A stretch of DNA of 62,927 bases, the filler included, from Chiloscyllium plagiosum (taxonomy: Eukaryota), in assembly GCF_004010195.1 (NCBI RefSeq). It is 5 parts of one record of this genome, joined end to end, with 100 filler letters (N's around TTAATTAATTAA, not from the genome) between each part and the next. Parts side by side here need not be neighbours in the genome. Positions count along the whole stretch, not along the records: positions 23,979 to 49,062 come from NC_057712.1; positions 49,163 to 53,434 come from NC_057712.1; 3 more parts are not named here. The stretch is one strand, 5' to 3'. A program made the translations under genes and the position numbers. Positions 36,521-49,326 of the stretch are shown here, one piece after another. Position 1 is the first letter of the stretch, and every line of letters starts with the position of its first letter. The notes beneath the pieces were generated by a model. That model searched no databases. It was given only the letters and a program-made list of their open reading frames with translations, and was not told the DNA's origin.

Positions 36521-37106
36521 GGGATCCAGAGTGGACGAGATTTTGAACTGTGGTTTAGTGGGATGAGGGATGCTGCATGCGGGAAAGGGAATACTCAGAG
36601 TGAGGAGGGAAGGGAACCCAGAAGCTGGGGTTGGGATTGACAGGGAGAGCCCAGCACCCGGGAGGGGCTGACTAAAGGAGGGCATAGGTGGCAGGGCCAG
36701 TCCCAATCTAATCCCTCCCACTTTGCCCCATTCCAATTGCTTTCCTTCCCACCCTCTGCCAATCTCTTCCCTTCCCTCATCCCTGATCTCCAAACCTCTC
36801 CACCCCCATCATCCCCAGTTCTAATCATATACCCCAGTCTGACCTCCATCCCCCCATCCCGAGTCTCAATTTCACTCCGTCCCAATCTCTTTGTCCTCGC
36901 ATCCCCAGTCCCAATTTATTTCCTCTTCCCCTCCTCCAACTCTGCTGAAACCTGCACATGTGCAGTTTAACGTGGTGTGTTGCCTGCATTGGTTTGTGTC
37001 ATTCAGGTCCACCTGTAAAATATTTAGCTAAATTTTCATGAGGTAATGAATGATGGACTTGAAATTTACATGTCACAGCGTAAACATGTCCCAAAACACT
37101 CCATAG

Positions 37107-37316
37107 TAGACAAGCAGGAGGCGGGAAGAACATGGCAAGTCAGACAGCATCAGGGGGTGGAGAAGTCAACTTTTTGGAGTTGGGGTGGAATCCTGAAGAA
37201 GGGTTATACTTAAAACACTGACTTCTCCACCTCCTGATGCTGCTGGCTTGCTGTTTTCTTCCAGCCTCCTGCTTGTCTACTTTGGATTCCAGCATCTGCA
37301 GCTTTTATATCTCTAA
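37107..37316. mobile_element. Older fold-back Penelope mini-element, 36-37-nt tail, perfect 16-bp TSD
   Basis: tagacaagcaggagg...gagaagtca / tgacttctc...cctcctgcttgtcta; decayed CTGAAGA core at about 37193; TSD ccaaaacactccatag (37091-37106 / 37317-37332). Confidence 0.9.
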
Positions 37317-37556
37317 CCAAAACACTCCATAGCCAATGAAATAGTGTAAATGTGTAATCACTGGGCCAGAATGTTGCGAGATAGGAGTAAATCTTTGGAG
37401 TTGAGAATGAATGAGATCAAACAATTCTGAGGAAACTAATGACAGAACCAGTGTGAGGGAGAAGATGCATTTGGAAGTGAAGGTTGGTGAAGAATGTGGT
37501 TGAAAATTTAAGCCTGGCCTTGGAGTTTACGTTGAGTTGCTTGTGGTCTCTTGCAG

Positions 37557-37633
37557 GTGGTGTTCCTCAGGTTGTGCTCACTGCTCCCACAGGAACAGTT
37601 CAAATCCCATTGTCAGCTGTCCAGCTACACCAG
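37557..37633 (+). CDS. SRF: Serum response factor exon (equivalent to exon 6)
   Basis: ttgcag acceptor, gtatag donor, 77 bp, phase 1-0. GVPQVVLTAPTGTVQIPLSAVQLHQ versus human GVPQVFLTASSGTVQIPVSAVQLHQ (recalled). Confidence 0.96.
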
Positions 37634-37959
37634 GTATAGTGGCAAGACTATCTGAAAAGCTCCGACCTACAGGAAACCTCAATAAGATTCACTTTTAATG
37701 CATGTTGGATGGTCAGGGAATTGTCATTCTTGAATGGACCTCTTCCTCTGTCTCTCTTACTGCATCTCTCTGTTTGTCTGTCTGTGTCTCTGTCTCTGTC
37801 TGTCTGTCTACATTTCCCTCACCTTTGCCGCTCCTCTGTTTCCTCCCCTCTTAGTCTCTATCTTTTCCTTCTTTTCTTTCCTTCCTCTCCCATCTCTCCT
37901 CATTTTCTAGCTGTCTCTCTCTTTCTCTTTAGATTCCCATCTCCCCACCATTCCTGTCT

Positions 37960-39600
37960 CTCATAGAATTGAACAGCTTTACAGCATTGAACAGCCCATA
38001 GTGTGCATGCCAGTGATCAAGTGTCTGTCCCATGGTGATCGTCTAAAGGGATCATCTAAATACTTATTGAATGTTGTGATGGTTCTTACCACCCTTTTAG
38101 GCAATGGGAGTGTTCCAGGTACAATTCTTCCTTAAAAATCCCCTTTAAACCTCCTGTCCCATTACTTTAAAACTGTGCCTCCTGGTTACTGACCCCTCTA
38201 CTAAAGGAAAAAGTTTCTGCCTATCTAACTATGCTCCTCATAACTTTGTACATCTCAGTCAGGCCCCCCTCAGCCTTCTCTGCTATAAAGAGAACAAACC
38301 CAGCCTGTCTAACCTCTCTTCATAGCTGAATCATTCTAGACCAAGCAGCATCCTGTTGAGTCTCCTCTCCACTCTCTCTTTTGCAATCACATTTTTCCCA
38401 TTGTGTGGTGACCAAAACTGCACACACCAATCCTGCTGTTAGCCTAACCAACATTATCTACAACTCCATCACAAGCTTCTTGCTCTTGTATTCAATGCTT
38501 CCACTAATAATGGCAAGCCTCCCATATACCTACTTAAGCAGCTTATCTACCTGTCTCTCAGTCTTCAAACATCTAGCTGCTTAATGTTCCTTTGATCCTC
38601 TGTACATCCTTGGGTCCTACCTTTCAACCTGTACTCCCTTGTCTTGTTAGTCCTCCCAAAATGTATCAGCTTGCACATTTCCGGATCAAATTCCATTTGC
38701 TACTGTTCAATCCATCTGACCAACCCCTCTATATCCTGTAGACTGAGGCCATCCCCATCACTGTTTACCACCCCACCAATTTTTGTACCATCTGTGATCT
38801 TACAGATCATACTTCCTACCTTCATGTCTAGATCATTAATGTACACAACAAACAGCAAAAAATTCCATTTGCTACTGTACACCACTAGACACAGTCTTCC
38901 AGTCACAGGAACATCATTTGATCAGCTCCCTCTGCTTCCTGCATAGAACTCAATTTTGGATGCAGTTTGCCAAATTGCACTGGATCCCATGAGCTCTTAC
39001 CTTCTTTAACCAGTCTACCATGTGAGACTTTTGACAAAAGCCTTACTAAACCCCATGTAAACTGTATCAACTATGTTACCCTCATCTCCATACCTAGTCA
39101 CCTCCTTGAAAAATTCAATCAAATTTGTCAGAGATGTAATCTGCCCCAACAAAGCCTTATCCTTGATGAACCATTGGCCTCCAAATAGAGGTTAATTCCA
39201 TCTGTCATAACTTTTTTTCCATGTATTACTCTATGCTGATGTTAGACTTTATGGCCTGCAGTATCTTTGTTTAACTCTGATTATTTGAGGGACTATTCCT
39301 ACTACTGCCCTTTTTATTCACTATCTCCACTCAAATGTATTCTATATCTTCTGACCCAAGACCCTTTCTTCCAAACATACTTATTATTTCTCAAATTTAG
39401 AAAGTCCCCACATCGCCCCTTCCTTCCCATCTGTCCTTTCAAAAAGTCACAAAGCCCCGAGTATTTTGTTCCCAGTTTGATTTCCTTGAAACCATGTCTC
39501 CATAATAACTATAAGATCATACAAGTTAACCAGAATTTGTGCCATCAATTTATTTACTTGGTTCTGAATACTACATGCATTCAGGTAGAGAGCCATTAAA
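37960..39600 (-). mobile_element. Old CR1 fragments
   Basis: LLFVVYINDLDMKVGSMICKITDGTKIGG (decayed FADD region) and CR1 3' region in reverse. Confidence 0.8.
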
Positions 39601-39744
39601 TTTGCTTTTGTACCTTTTTGTTTCCCCTTTGTCCATTATCCCTTCTTCCCCTCTTCTCTCCTTCATTGCCCTTCTCTCTCCCTCTCTTTCCTTCTCTACC
39701 CCTTCTGTCCTCACTTTTCTTTCCCCTTTCATCCTTGTCTCTCC

Positions 39745-40053
39745 NNNNNNNNNNNNNNNNNNNNNNNNNNNNNNNNNNNNNNNNNNNNNNNNNNNNNNNN
39801 NNNNNNNNNNNNNNNNNNNNNNNNNNNNNNNNNNNNNNNNNNNNNNNNNNNNNNNNNNNNNNNNNNNNNNNNNNNNNNNNNNNNNNNNNNNNNNNNNNNN
39901 NNNNNNNNNNNNNNNNNNNNNNNNNNNNNNNNNNNNNNNNNNNNNNNNNNNNNNNNNNNNNNNNNNNNNNNNNNNNNNNNNNNNNNNNNNNNNNNNNNNN
40001 NNNNNNNNNNNNNNNNNNNNNNNNNNNNNNNNNNNNNNNNNNNNNNNNNNNNN
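39745..40053. other. Assembly gap (309 N) within a CT-rich tract
   Basis: N run flanked by pyrimidine-rich low-complexity sequence. Confidence 0.98.
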
Positions 40054-40943
40054 GTCCTTGTCTCCTTATGTCTCCTCTTCTCTCCCTTTCTCCTTCACCC
40101 CCCCCACCCGCTTCTGCTTTATCTCCTTTTCCCTCTCACTCACTCCTCTATCACCTTTCCCACTTCTCACCCTCTGGCCCCCCTCCCCTGCTCCTTTCCC
40201 TACTTGTCTCCTTCTCCTTCAGCAGATAGGCTGGAGAAACAAGAGGTATCAGCATGAAGTGATGCCTGTTTGCTTTATCTGGGTCCGAGGCTAGTTCAGG
40301 AATTTGGTCACTTTGATGTTTATCAAAGACGTTTTTGTCATCGTGAAGGGTTGAGAAACTGAAGAGGAACCAGAGAACACAGATTCTCTGTCACTAGTGA
40401 TATATAGCATCTGTCAATCCAATCTGAGCAAATTCAAATCTATTCAACAGCAACTCCTGAAGATTTCAGGAGATAGGCAAATAGGGTTCGGTGCCTCTGA
40501 GAGACAGATGTATAGGGTCTGGTGTCTGTCTGTCTTAGAGGGACAGGTAAATAGTGCCTGATCTCAATGCCTGTCTCCCAGAGGGACAACTGTATTGTGT
40601 CTGGTATCTCTGTTTCTCAGCGGAGCAGGTGTAGAGTGTCTGGCCTCGCTCTCTGTCCGTCTCAGACAGACAGGTCAAAGGTGTACAATCAACATCCTCC
40701 ATCATATATATAACCCCACTGCCAGCCTGATTCATTTCCTATTTTAGTCCACCCATAAAGTCTCTATTGCCTGCATCCCTCTTGTTATGTGTTGTCATGC
40801 TTTACTGTCAGTCAGCCTACACCATCTCCTATCAATTTGCTCATTGTTCCTGATGGAGTTGTCACTGCTCCAATGTGTGTAACAGACATTCCTCTGTAAT
40901 GGCTACTGTACCCTATCTTCCAGGTTGAATATGTCTGCACTTA

Positions 40944-41645
40944 TAGAGTCATAGGGATGTACAGTATGGAAACAGACCCTTCGGTCCAGTCTCGTCCCAC
41001 CTGCCAGCACCTGGCCCATTTTCCTCCAAACCCTTCCTATTCACAAACACATCCAGATGCCTTTTAAATGTTGCAATTGTACTACCCTCCACCACTTCTA
41101 GAGAGTGTTGCTGAACAAACAGACCTTGGACCTCAAAGTAGAGTCGCAGGTAGATGGGATAGTGAAGAAGGCAATTGGTATGCTTTCCTTTATTGGTCAG
41201 AGTATTGAGTACAGGAGTTGGGAGGTCATGTTGCAGCTGTACAGGAGATTGGTTAGGCCGCTTTTGGAATATTGCGTGCAATTCTGGTCTCCTTCCTATT
41301 GGAAGGACGTTGTGAAACTTGAAAGGGTTCAGAAAAGATTTACAAGGATGTTGTCAGGGTTGGAGGATTTGAACTACAGGGAGAGGCTGTACAGGTTGGG
41401 GCTGTTTTCCCTGGAGCATTGGAGGCTGAGGGGTGACCTTATAGAGGTTTATAAAATTATGAAGGGCATGTAAAGTATAAATAGACAAAGTATTTTCCCT
41501 GGGGTCGGGGAGTCCAAAAATAGAGGGCATAGGTTTAGGGTGAGAGGGGAAAGATATAAAAGAGACCTACGGGACAACATTTTCACGCAGAGGGTGGTAA
41601 GTGTATGGAATGAGCTGCCAGAGGTTGTGGTGGACGCTAGTATCA
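40944..41645. mobile_element. CR1 3' region with inverted terminal piece
   Basis: 41100-41645 (+) LVRPLLEYCVQFWSP...RGDLIEVYKI; 40944-41098 is the following 3' UTR in - orientation. Confidence 0.88.
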
Positions 41646-42349
41646 TTTACTTGGTTTTGTTTACAGTGTGTGTTTAAAGAAGGCTTATTTGGGCATCCAC
41701 CTTTAACCTATCCTTCTGCTGTAAAATATTTCACATTTCTCTCTCTCTCCTTATACCTTGTGAATTTACTGAAGTGCCTGAAACGCAGTTTCTGATTTGT
41801 ACTCCTCATCTCGAATTCTCTTGTTTTTGAATTATTAAGAACACCCTTTCCTAAGATCCCTTTCTTCATTCTTATGATCCTCACTCAGATCAATGATTTT
41901 AAACTAATTTGTAAACAGAAATTTGAATTCCTAATGGCAGACTCAAAATACCACATGAAGGATTTCATGTCTTAAGACTTGTACTGTGTCAAACAAAAAA
42001 GTCCACCAAGAAATACACACTGCAGGTAATGGTCTAAACTAGGAACAGGTATTCGTTACTAGCTTTTTAACGTGACTGATAGCATCAAGCCATGTTTGTA
42101 TCTTATGTCATGCTCTCAACAGAACTGTAGTCTTGCTTTTGGAAGTCCCAAATCCCTCCTGACATTTCTACAGGCTTTCTTCACTCTGTTGGTGCAAATA
42201 TTCCCAGATTCTTTCACTGTAATTCTCCTGAACAAATTCTCACCCTCTGACTTTAATTTTTTAAATCTGTGTGAGATCCATGTTTTCAGACAGGAGATCA
42301 ATTCTCATTAGCATTCTGCTGCCACTGCTGTAGTTTACCTGCATTTTAT

Positions 42350-43570
42350 TTGGTCCCTTACTTAAGGAGGGATGCACTTGCATTGGAGAGGAGGGGGCGT
42401 GACGAGGATCAATTTTCCTGAGAGATTGAGCAGTTTCGGTCTCTCTGGAATTCAGATGAATGAGATGAGATCTAATTGAGGTATATAAGTTGATAAAAGG
42501 GATTGACAAAGAATGTTTCCTTATGTGGGGCAATCTAGAACAAGCAGTTATAGTTTTAGCATGGGTGGGCAGAGACTTAAACTCGAGATGAGGAGCAATT
42601 ATTTCTGTCAAATGGGTGTGAATCTGTGGAATTCACTATCCTAGAGCATGACGTATGCTGGAACATGAGTAATTTTATGGAGGAGATGGAACAACGTTTA
42701 ATTAGTAAATGGGTTGAAGAGTTACGGAGAGTGGATAGGAAAGTGAAATTGAAGCCAAGATGAGATCAGCCGAAGCAGACTCAAGGGGCTGAATTGCCTA
42801 CTCCCGCTCCTTATTCTTAGGTTATCCCTCTCTGTCTCCCCCGTCACTCCCAACTGTTCTCTGCCCTACCCGCCTTCTGTCAGGAGCTCTGGTGCCTAAC
42901 TGACCAAACATCTGTAATCCAGTATAAAGCAAGGCCAGCAGAATGCTTCTGCCTTTATCTTCTTGAATGCTGACACTTGGGTCTCAACAGGTTCCCGTGG
43001 CATTTAGCCTTATCTGAAATAAAACAAAACATGCCGAAAAACTCAGCAGCATTTGTGCCGAAGAAATAGAGTTGATGTTTCATGTCCAATATGACTCTTC
43101 TTTAGATCAGAAGCTTATCATGACACACAACCAATAGCGAGTCAGATTCCCTTTTCATTTCTCCATTTTACCTTGAATTAAACAGACAGATTAGAACGTA
43201 ATTTTGTTTAGAGCTAGAGTTCTGTGAAGATATAACAAGCAGAGTCTGGAAAGGGGAAGGGTCAGTATAGTATATATAGATTTCCAGAAAACATTTGATA
43301 ATCACCACATAAAGTGTTAATACACCAGATAGGAGTTCATAGTATTGGGATAATGTATTATCATAGATTGAGGATTTGTTAACACACAGAAGACTGAAAG
43401 TCAGGATTAGTGGCTATTTTTCCGGTTGGAAAGATAGGACTAGTAGAGAGCCAGGGGGGATCAATCCTAGGGTCTCAATTATTTCCTGTCTGTATTAATG
43501 ACTTGGAGGATGGGGCAGAATAGGTGATATATCATGTTGTGAAGAAGACATAAGGAATCTGTAAGGAGAT
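42350..43570 (+). mobile_element. Decayed CR1 fragments
   Basis: CR1 3' ORF2/UTR at 42350-42820 and RT-core remnant (YIDFQKTFD...QGGSILG) at 43240-43570. Confidence 0.7.
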
Positions 43571-43573
43571 ATA

Positions 43574-43676
43574 TTCTGGATCAGTGGTGCTGGAAGAGCA
43601 CAGCAATTCAGCCAGCATCTGACGAGCAGCAAAATCGACGTTTCGGGCAAAAGCCCTTCATCAGGAATAAAGGCAG
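43574..43676 (-). mobile_element. Penelope terminal repeat with intact hammerhead (same subfamily as 22548)
   Basis: Minus 43668-43633 reads attc-CTGATGA-a-gggc-tttt-gccc-GAAA-CGTC-gatt; starts at the same position as the short arm at 22548. Confidence 0.88.
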
Positions 43677-43677
43677 A

Positions 43678-45529
43678 TCATTATAGGAAGGATGTAGATG
43701 CTTTAGAGAGGGTGCAGAGGAGATTTACCAGGATGCTGCCTAGATTGGAGGGCTTGTCTTATCAAGAGAGGTTGAGTGAGCTCGGGTTTTTCACATTGGC
43801 GACAAGGTATTTAGAGGTGGAGGAGGTAGACTTTTGAAATATCAGCAAGTTGACAATTCTGCTGAAAGGCCTGAAAGAGGAAGGTGAGGCTTAGGGCACA
43901 TCAGCTGTGACCTTGTTGAAGGATGGGCAAGCTGAGGGACCTCTATAAAACATGCTCTCTCCTGCTCAGTCTTTCCACGGTTATTGTTTTTATTTCAGAT
44001 CTCTAGCATCTACAATGTTTTGCTTTTGTCATTCAAATCCCCTCCAAGGTTGCTATACCATTACTTTTTCATTTGCACGTGGTTTGGGTCACCATTTGGT
44101 CCTTACAGCTTGGAAAAAGGTCCTTTGGTCCTTCTGCCCTTGCCAATTATCAAGCATCTACCTGTTTTAATTCCATTTTCTACAACTTTGTCTACAGCCT
44201 TGTATGGTATGGAGCTTCAAGTACTCATCTAAATATTCTAACATGTTTTGAGGGTTCCTTCATCTACCATTCTTTACAAGTAATGAGTTTCAGATCCCAT
44301 CAATCCTCTGGTGTTTCTGTTTTGCTCAAATCCCCTCTAAATCTCCTGCTCCTTACCAGAGATTAATGAATTCAGCAATTGATTCAAGGTTGCGACCCAA
44401 GTTGATAGGGTTGTTAAGAAGGTGAATGGTATTTTGGTTTTCATTAACGGGGATTGAGTTTAAGAGCTGCGAGGTTTTGCTGCAGCTCCATAAAACCCTG
44501 GTTAGATCACACTTGGAATATTGTGTCCAGTTCTGTTCGCCTCATTATAGGAAGGATGTAGATGCTTTAGAGAGGGTGCAGAGGAGATTTACCAGGATGC
44601 TGCCTAGATTGGAGGGCTTGTCTTATCAAGAGAGGTTGAGTGAGCTCGGGTTTTTCACATTGGCGACAAGGTATTTAGAGGTGGAGGAGGTAGACTTTTG
44701 AAATATCAGCAAGTTGACAATTCTGCTGAAAGGCCTGAAAGAGGAAGGTGAGGCTTAGGGCACATCAGCTGTGACCTTGTTGAAGGATGGGCAAGCTGAG
44801 GGACCTCTATAAAACATGCTCTCTCCTGCTCAGTCTTTCCACGGTTATTGTTTTTATTTCAGATCTCTAGCATCTACAATGTTTTGCTTTTGTCATTCAA
44901 ATCCCCTCCAAGGTTGCTATACCATTACTTTTTCATTTGCACGTGGTTTGGGTCACCATTTGGTCCTTACAGCTTGGAAAAAGGTCCTTTGGTCCTTCTG
45001 CCCTTGCCAATTATCAAGCATCTACCTGTTTTAATTCCATTTTCTACAACTTTGTCTACAGCCTTGTATGGTATGGAGCTTCAAGTACTCATCTAAATAT
45101 TCTAACATGTTTTGAGGGTTCCTTCATCTACCATTCTTTACAAGTAATGAGTTTCAGATCCCATCAATCCTCTGGTGTTTCTGTTTTGCTCAAATCCCCT
45201 CTAAATCTCCTGCTCCTTACCAGAGATTAATGAATTCAGCAATTGATTCAAGGTTGCGACCCAAGTTGATAGGGTTGTTAAGAAGGTGAATGGTATTTTG
45301 GTTTTCATTAACGGGGATTGAGTTTAAGAGCTGCGAGGTTTTGCTGCAGCTCCATAAAACCCTGGTTAGATCACACTTGGAATATTGTGTCCAGTTCTGT
45401 TCGCCTCATTATAGGAAGGATGTAGATGCTTTAGAGAGGGTGCAGAGGAGATTTACCAGGATGCTGCCTAGATTGGAGGGCTTGTCTTATCAAGAGAGGT
45501 TGAGTGAGCTCGGGTTTTCACATTGGCGA
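43678..45529. repeat. 864-bp tandem duplication (two full copies plus about 124 bp), ending in a CR1 3' end that runs to about 45890
   Basis: Units start at 43678, 44542 and 45406; ORF translations at offset 864 are identical. Confidence 0.95.
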
Positions 45530-45929
45530 GAAGACTGAAGAGAGGTGACTTGATAGAGGTGTGCAGGGTAATGAGAGGCAGAGTTAGAGTAGATTGCCAG
45601 AGACATTTCCCCAGGGCAGAAATTGCTGTCTCAAGGGGTCATAATTTTAGGGTGATTGGAGGAAGGTATAGGAGAGATGTCAGAGATAGGTTCTTTACAC
45701 AGAGTGGTGGGTACATGGAATGCACTGCCAGCAGTGGTAGTGGAGTCAGAGACATTTAAGTAACTGCTGGACAAGCGCATGGATGGCAGTAAATTGAAGG
45801 GTGTGTCAGTTAGGTTGATCTTAGTTTAAGATAAACGCTCAGCAGAATATCGTGGGCCAAAGAGCCTGTACTATGCTGTTCTGTTCTATGTACACTAGAA
45901 CATAGTATGTACAGTGTACTTTCTATCAC

Positions 45930-47380
45930 TGGCTGACTCCACCAGTGGAAGCAGCATGTGATAGAAAGGGTTGATCAATCACATAACCAAACGATCAGAT
46001 CTAAGCTCTGCAGTCCTTCACATCCACTTGTGAATGGTGGTGGACTCCTAAATAACTCATTGGAGAAGGAGGCTCCTCAAATATCTCCATTCTCAATAAT
46101 GGGAGAGCCCAATACATCAGTGCTAAAGATAAAACTGAAGCACTCACAGAGATCTTCAGGTGGAAGTGCTAAGTGGTTCCCAGAATAACAGGTACCAGTC
46201 TTCAGCCAATTCAGTTCACTCCACATGATATCAAGAAATAAAGACATTGGATAGTGCAAAGACTACGGGCCCTGACAACATTCTGGCAATAGTACTCAAG
46301 ACTTGTGCTCCATAACTTGCCACTCCCCTGGCCAAGCTCTTCCAGTACAGTTACAACACTGGCATCTCCCTAACAATGTGGAGATATTGCTCAGATATGT
46401 CCTGTACATGAAAAGCAGGACAAATCCATTCTAGCCAATCACTGCCCCATCAGTCTACTCTTGATCATCAGTAAAGTGATGGAAAGTAGCTCAACAATAC
46501 TGTCAAGCAGCACTTACTCAGCAATAATCTGCTCAGTGACACCCAGTTTGGGTGATATCAGGACCACTTAGTTCTTGACCTCTTTACAGCCTTGGTTCAA
46601 CCATAGACCAAAAAGCTAGTTTAGCCAGTGAAGTTTAAAGTGACAGCCTTTGATATCAAGGCTGCATTTGACCAAGTGTGTGGCATCAAGGAGCCCTAGA
46701 AAACTGGAGTCAATGGGAATAAGGGGGAAAAGCACTCTGCTGGTTAGTCTCATATCTGGCACATAGGAAAATGGTCATGGTTGTTGCAGGTCATCTAAAC
46801 TCCAGGGCAGCTCTGCAGTGTTCCTCAAGGTAGTGTCCTAGGTCCAACCATCTTCAGCTGCTTCTCCAATGACTTTCTGTCCAAGATAAGGTCAGAAGTG
46901 GGGATGCTTGCCAATGATTGCACAATGTTCACTACCTTGTGTAACTCCTCAGATAGTGAAGCAGTTGTTTCCATATTCGGGAAGACCTGGCGGCATCCAA
47001 AGTTGGTCTGGTGTGACAACATTTGTGCCACACAAATGCCATGCAGTGACCTACTCCAGCAAGAGAGAACTTAACCATTTTTCCTTGTCATTCAGTGGCT
47101 TTGCCATCGATGAATCCCCCACTATCCTGGGAATTACCTTTGTCCAGAAACTCAACTGGACTTGCCACATAAAAAAGAGTGCTGACACGAGCAGGTCAGA
47201 AGCTAGGAAAATTAATTCCTTTCCTGACTCCCAAAGCCTGCCCACCATCTCCCATGCCCAAGTCAGGAGTGTGATGGAACACACCCCACTTGCCTGGATA
47301 GCTGCAGCTCCAGCAACATCAAGAAGCTGGACACCGTCCAGGACAAAGTAATCTGCTTGACTGGTACCACACTAACCACC
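45930..47380 (+). mobile_element. Degenerate L2/CR1-group LINE RT (family distinct from the dominant CR1)
   Basis: GPDNILAIVLKTCAP, PISLLLIISKVME, AFDIKAAFDQV, VPQGSVLGPTIFSCF, MLANDCT (decayed FADD). Confidence 0.85.
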
Positions 47381-48714
47381 TCCTCATTTTCCCTCTTCTG
47401 CTGTCTGTATTTTGCTTGCCTTTTCCTAACCCTTTTCTCTTTTCTTCTAATGAAACATTTTTTCCTGCACTCTGTCTCTACTGTTGTTCCAAATCTCACT
47501 TTGGTTCCTCTAACTCTGCACAGTGTTAATTGTATTCACCACCTTTGCCTGCATCTCTGTGGTATGGGCTGTGAGAGGATGATGCGAGGTGGGGGAGGTG
47601 TTATGAGGAGATCTCCGTCGCTCCACGTGTGCATGCACGTTGGCAGTAATGTATATGACATGATGCGTAATTTCAACGTGTGAGGTTGCTGGTGTCAGAA
47701 AACACTCCCCAAACTGACCAGATGTTAGCTTCTGTAAGGGGATGACAGAAACTGGGCTTTGGTCCCCTGGTATAATGGAGTAACTCAGATGAGGTACTCA
47801 AGATTTTGAAAGGAACTGATTTCCAGTGACACTTCTCACTGCTAAGAGATAAGGAAACCACATCTGCAAATCCCAACCATACAGGTGGCTACATCGACTC
47901 GCTCAGTGAAGCTTCAGTTTGAGGTTGATGGATTGTTGCTCAACAACGTCATACAAAGATGTAGAACTTCCCCCACACTGAGTACATGCACACACTTACA
48001 CAGGCACATGCTCAAATGCACAGAATTCATTTCTCATCACTTACCACAGCACCTTCCCATACAAAGACAGGAAATGTAACACTTACTCCTTCCCTTCTCT
48101 GTCCTTGCTGGCTAAGAACCCAGAAATTCCTTTCAGTTGTATTTCTTTCAGGTCCCTCTCTTGGCATTGATCATGTTGCCTCTGCAGGTGAAATTGCAAC
48201 GGACATTGTATGTTGTCTACAGATAAGGTCCTGAGAGTGCTGGCTTGGCATTTTAATTTTTAACTCCTTTACCCTCTGACCTCTCTATCCTTGGCCCCTC
48301 ACTCTGCTAAATGAAGGTCAGTTTGAAGAACAGCATCTCATCTTTTAATTAGATACATGCAGCTTCTAAACCCACATGCAGTTCAGTCATTTCAGATTAA
48401 ATCTCAGGACTTAATGTTTTAGTGAGGATTCTGTTGTGCATACTTCCTCTGAGCACATCTTTTTATTTCCTGTTCCGTTAACATTTTTTATTTATCTTTA
48501 ACCAATCATTTTGTCATTTAGTCTCTTCTGTGTAGCACCATATCCGATGGCCTTCCAATTTGAGTTGTGTTCCTCGCGTTGATTCATTAAAAATCTGTTA
48601 ACTCCTAAGTTTTACTTAGTTCAAGCTAAAATACCTTTGACCTGCAACATTAAAACTGATTTTCACTCGGTGTTTCCAGCATGTTTGTGTTTAACGCAGG
48701 ATTAATTGTTTAGA

Positions 48715-49062
48715 CTGAGCAGGGGAGAGTGATTTAGGGGCACAGCGTCAGAGGGAGGGATGGAGGGAGGAGGATTGAGGAGCACAATGTGCAGAGCGAG
48801 AGAGGGAGGGACATTGAGGGGCACAGTGTCCAGAGCGAGGAGAATTAGGGAATAGAATCCAATGTGAGCGAGGGAAGGAGGGGGGAATTTGAGGGACACA
48901 GTGTCCAGAGCGAGAGGAATGGGATTGGGGAGTAGTGTCCAGTGTGAGCGAGGGAGGGGGTGTGGGATAGGTGAGTAGTGTCCAGTGTGAGCGAGGGAGG
49001 GGGTGTGGGATAGGTGAGTGGTGTCCAGTGTGAGCGAGGGAGGGGGTGTGGGATAGGTGAGT
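48715..49062. repeat. G-rich 43-bp minisatellite at contig end
   Basis: gtgtccagtgtgagcgagggagggggtgtgggataggtgagta at 48935, 48978 and 49021, with diverged copies upstream. Confidence 0.88.
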
Positions 49063-49162
49063 NNNNNNNNNNNNNNNNNNNNNNNNNNNNNNNNNNNNNN
49101 NNNNNNTTAATTAATTAANNNNNNNNNNNNNNNNNNNNNNNNNNNNNNNNNNNNNNNNNNNN
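49063..49162. other. Artificial contig spacer
   Basis: N44-TTAATTAATTAA-N44. Confidence 0.98.
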
Positions 49163-49326
49163 CTTTTATCTTAGCCTGCTTGGCACACCCTCCTCATTCC
49201 TAAAGAAGGGCTTATGCCCGAAACGTTGATTCTCCTGCTCTTTTGATGCTGCCTGATCTGCTGCACTTTTCCAGCAACACATTTTTCAGCTCTGATCTCC
49301 AGCATCTGCAGTCCTCACTTTCTCTC
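49163..49326 (+). mobile_element. Penelope terminal repeat with mutated hammerhead core
   Basis: CTAAAGA-a-gggcttatgccc-GAAACGTT...tail tctgcagtcctcactttctc. Confidence 0.85.

Noticed and set aside
39539..40294. ORFs of 203-251 aa
   Set aside because: They span the N gap and CT-rich low-complexity flanks.
47885..48079. Candidate final SRF exon after catacag
   Set aside because: The translation has no similarity to the SRF C-terminus and the polypyrimidine tract is poor.
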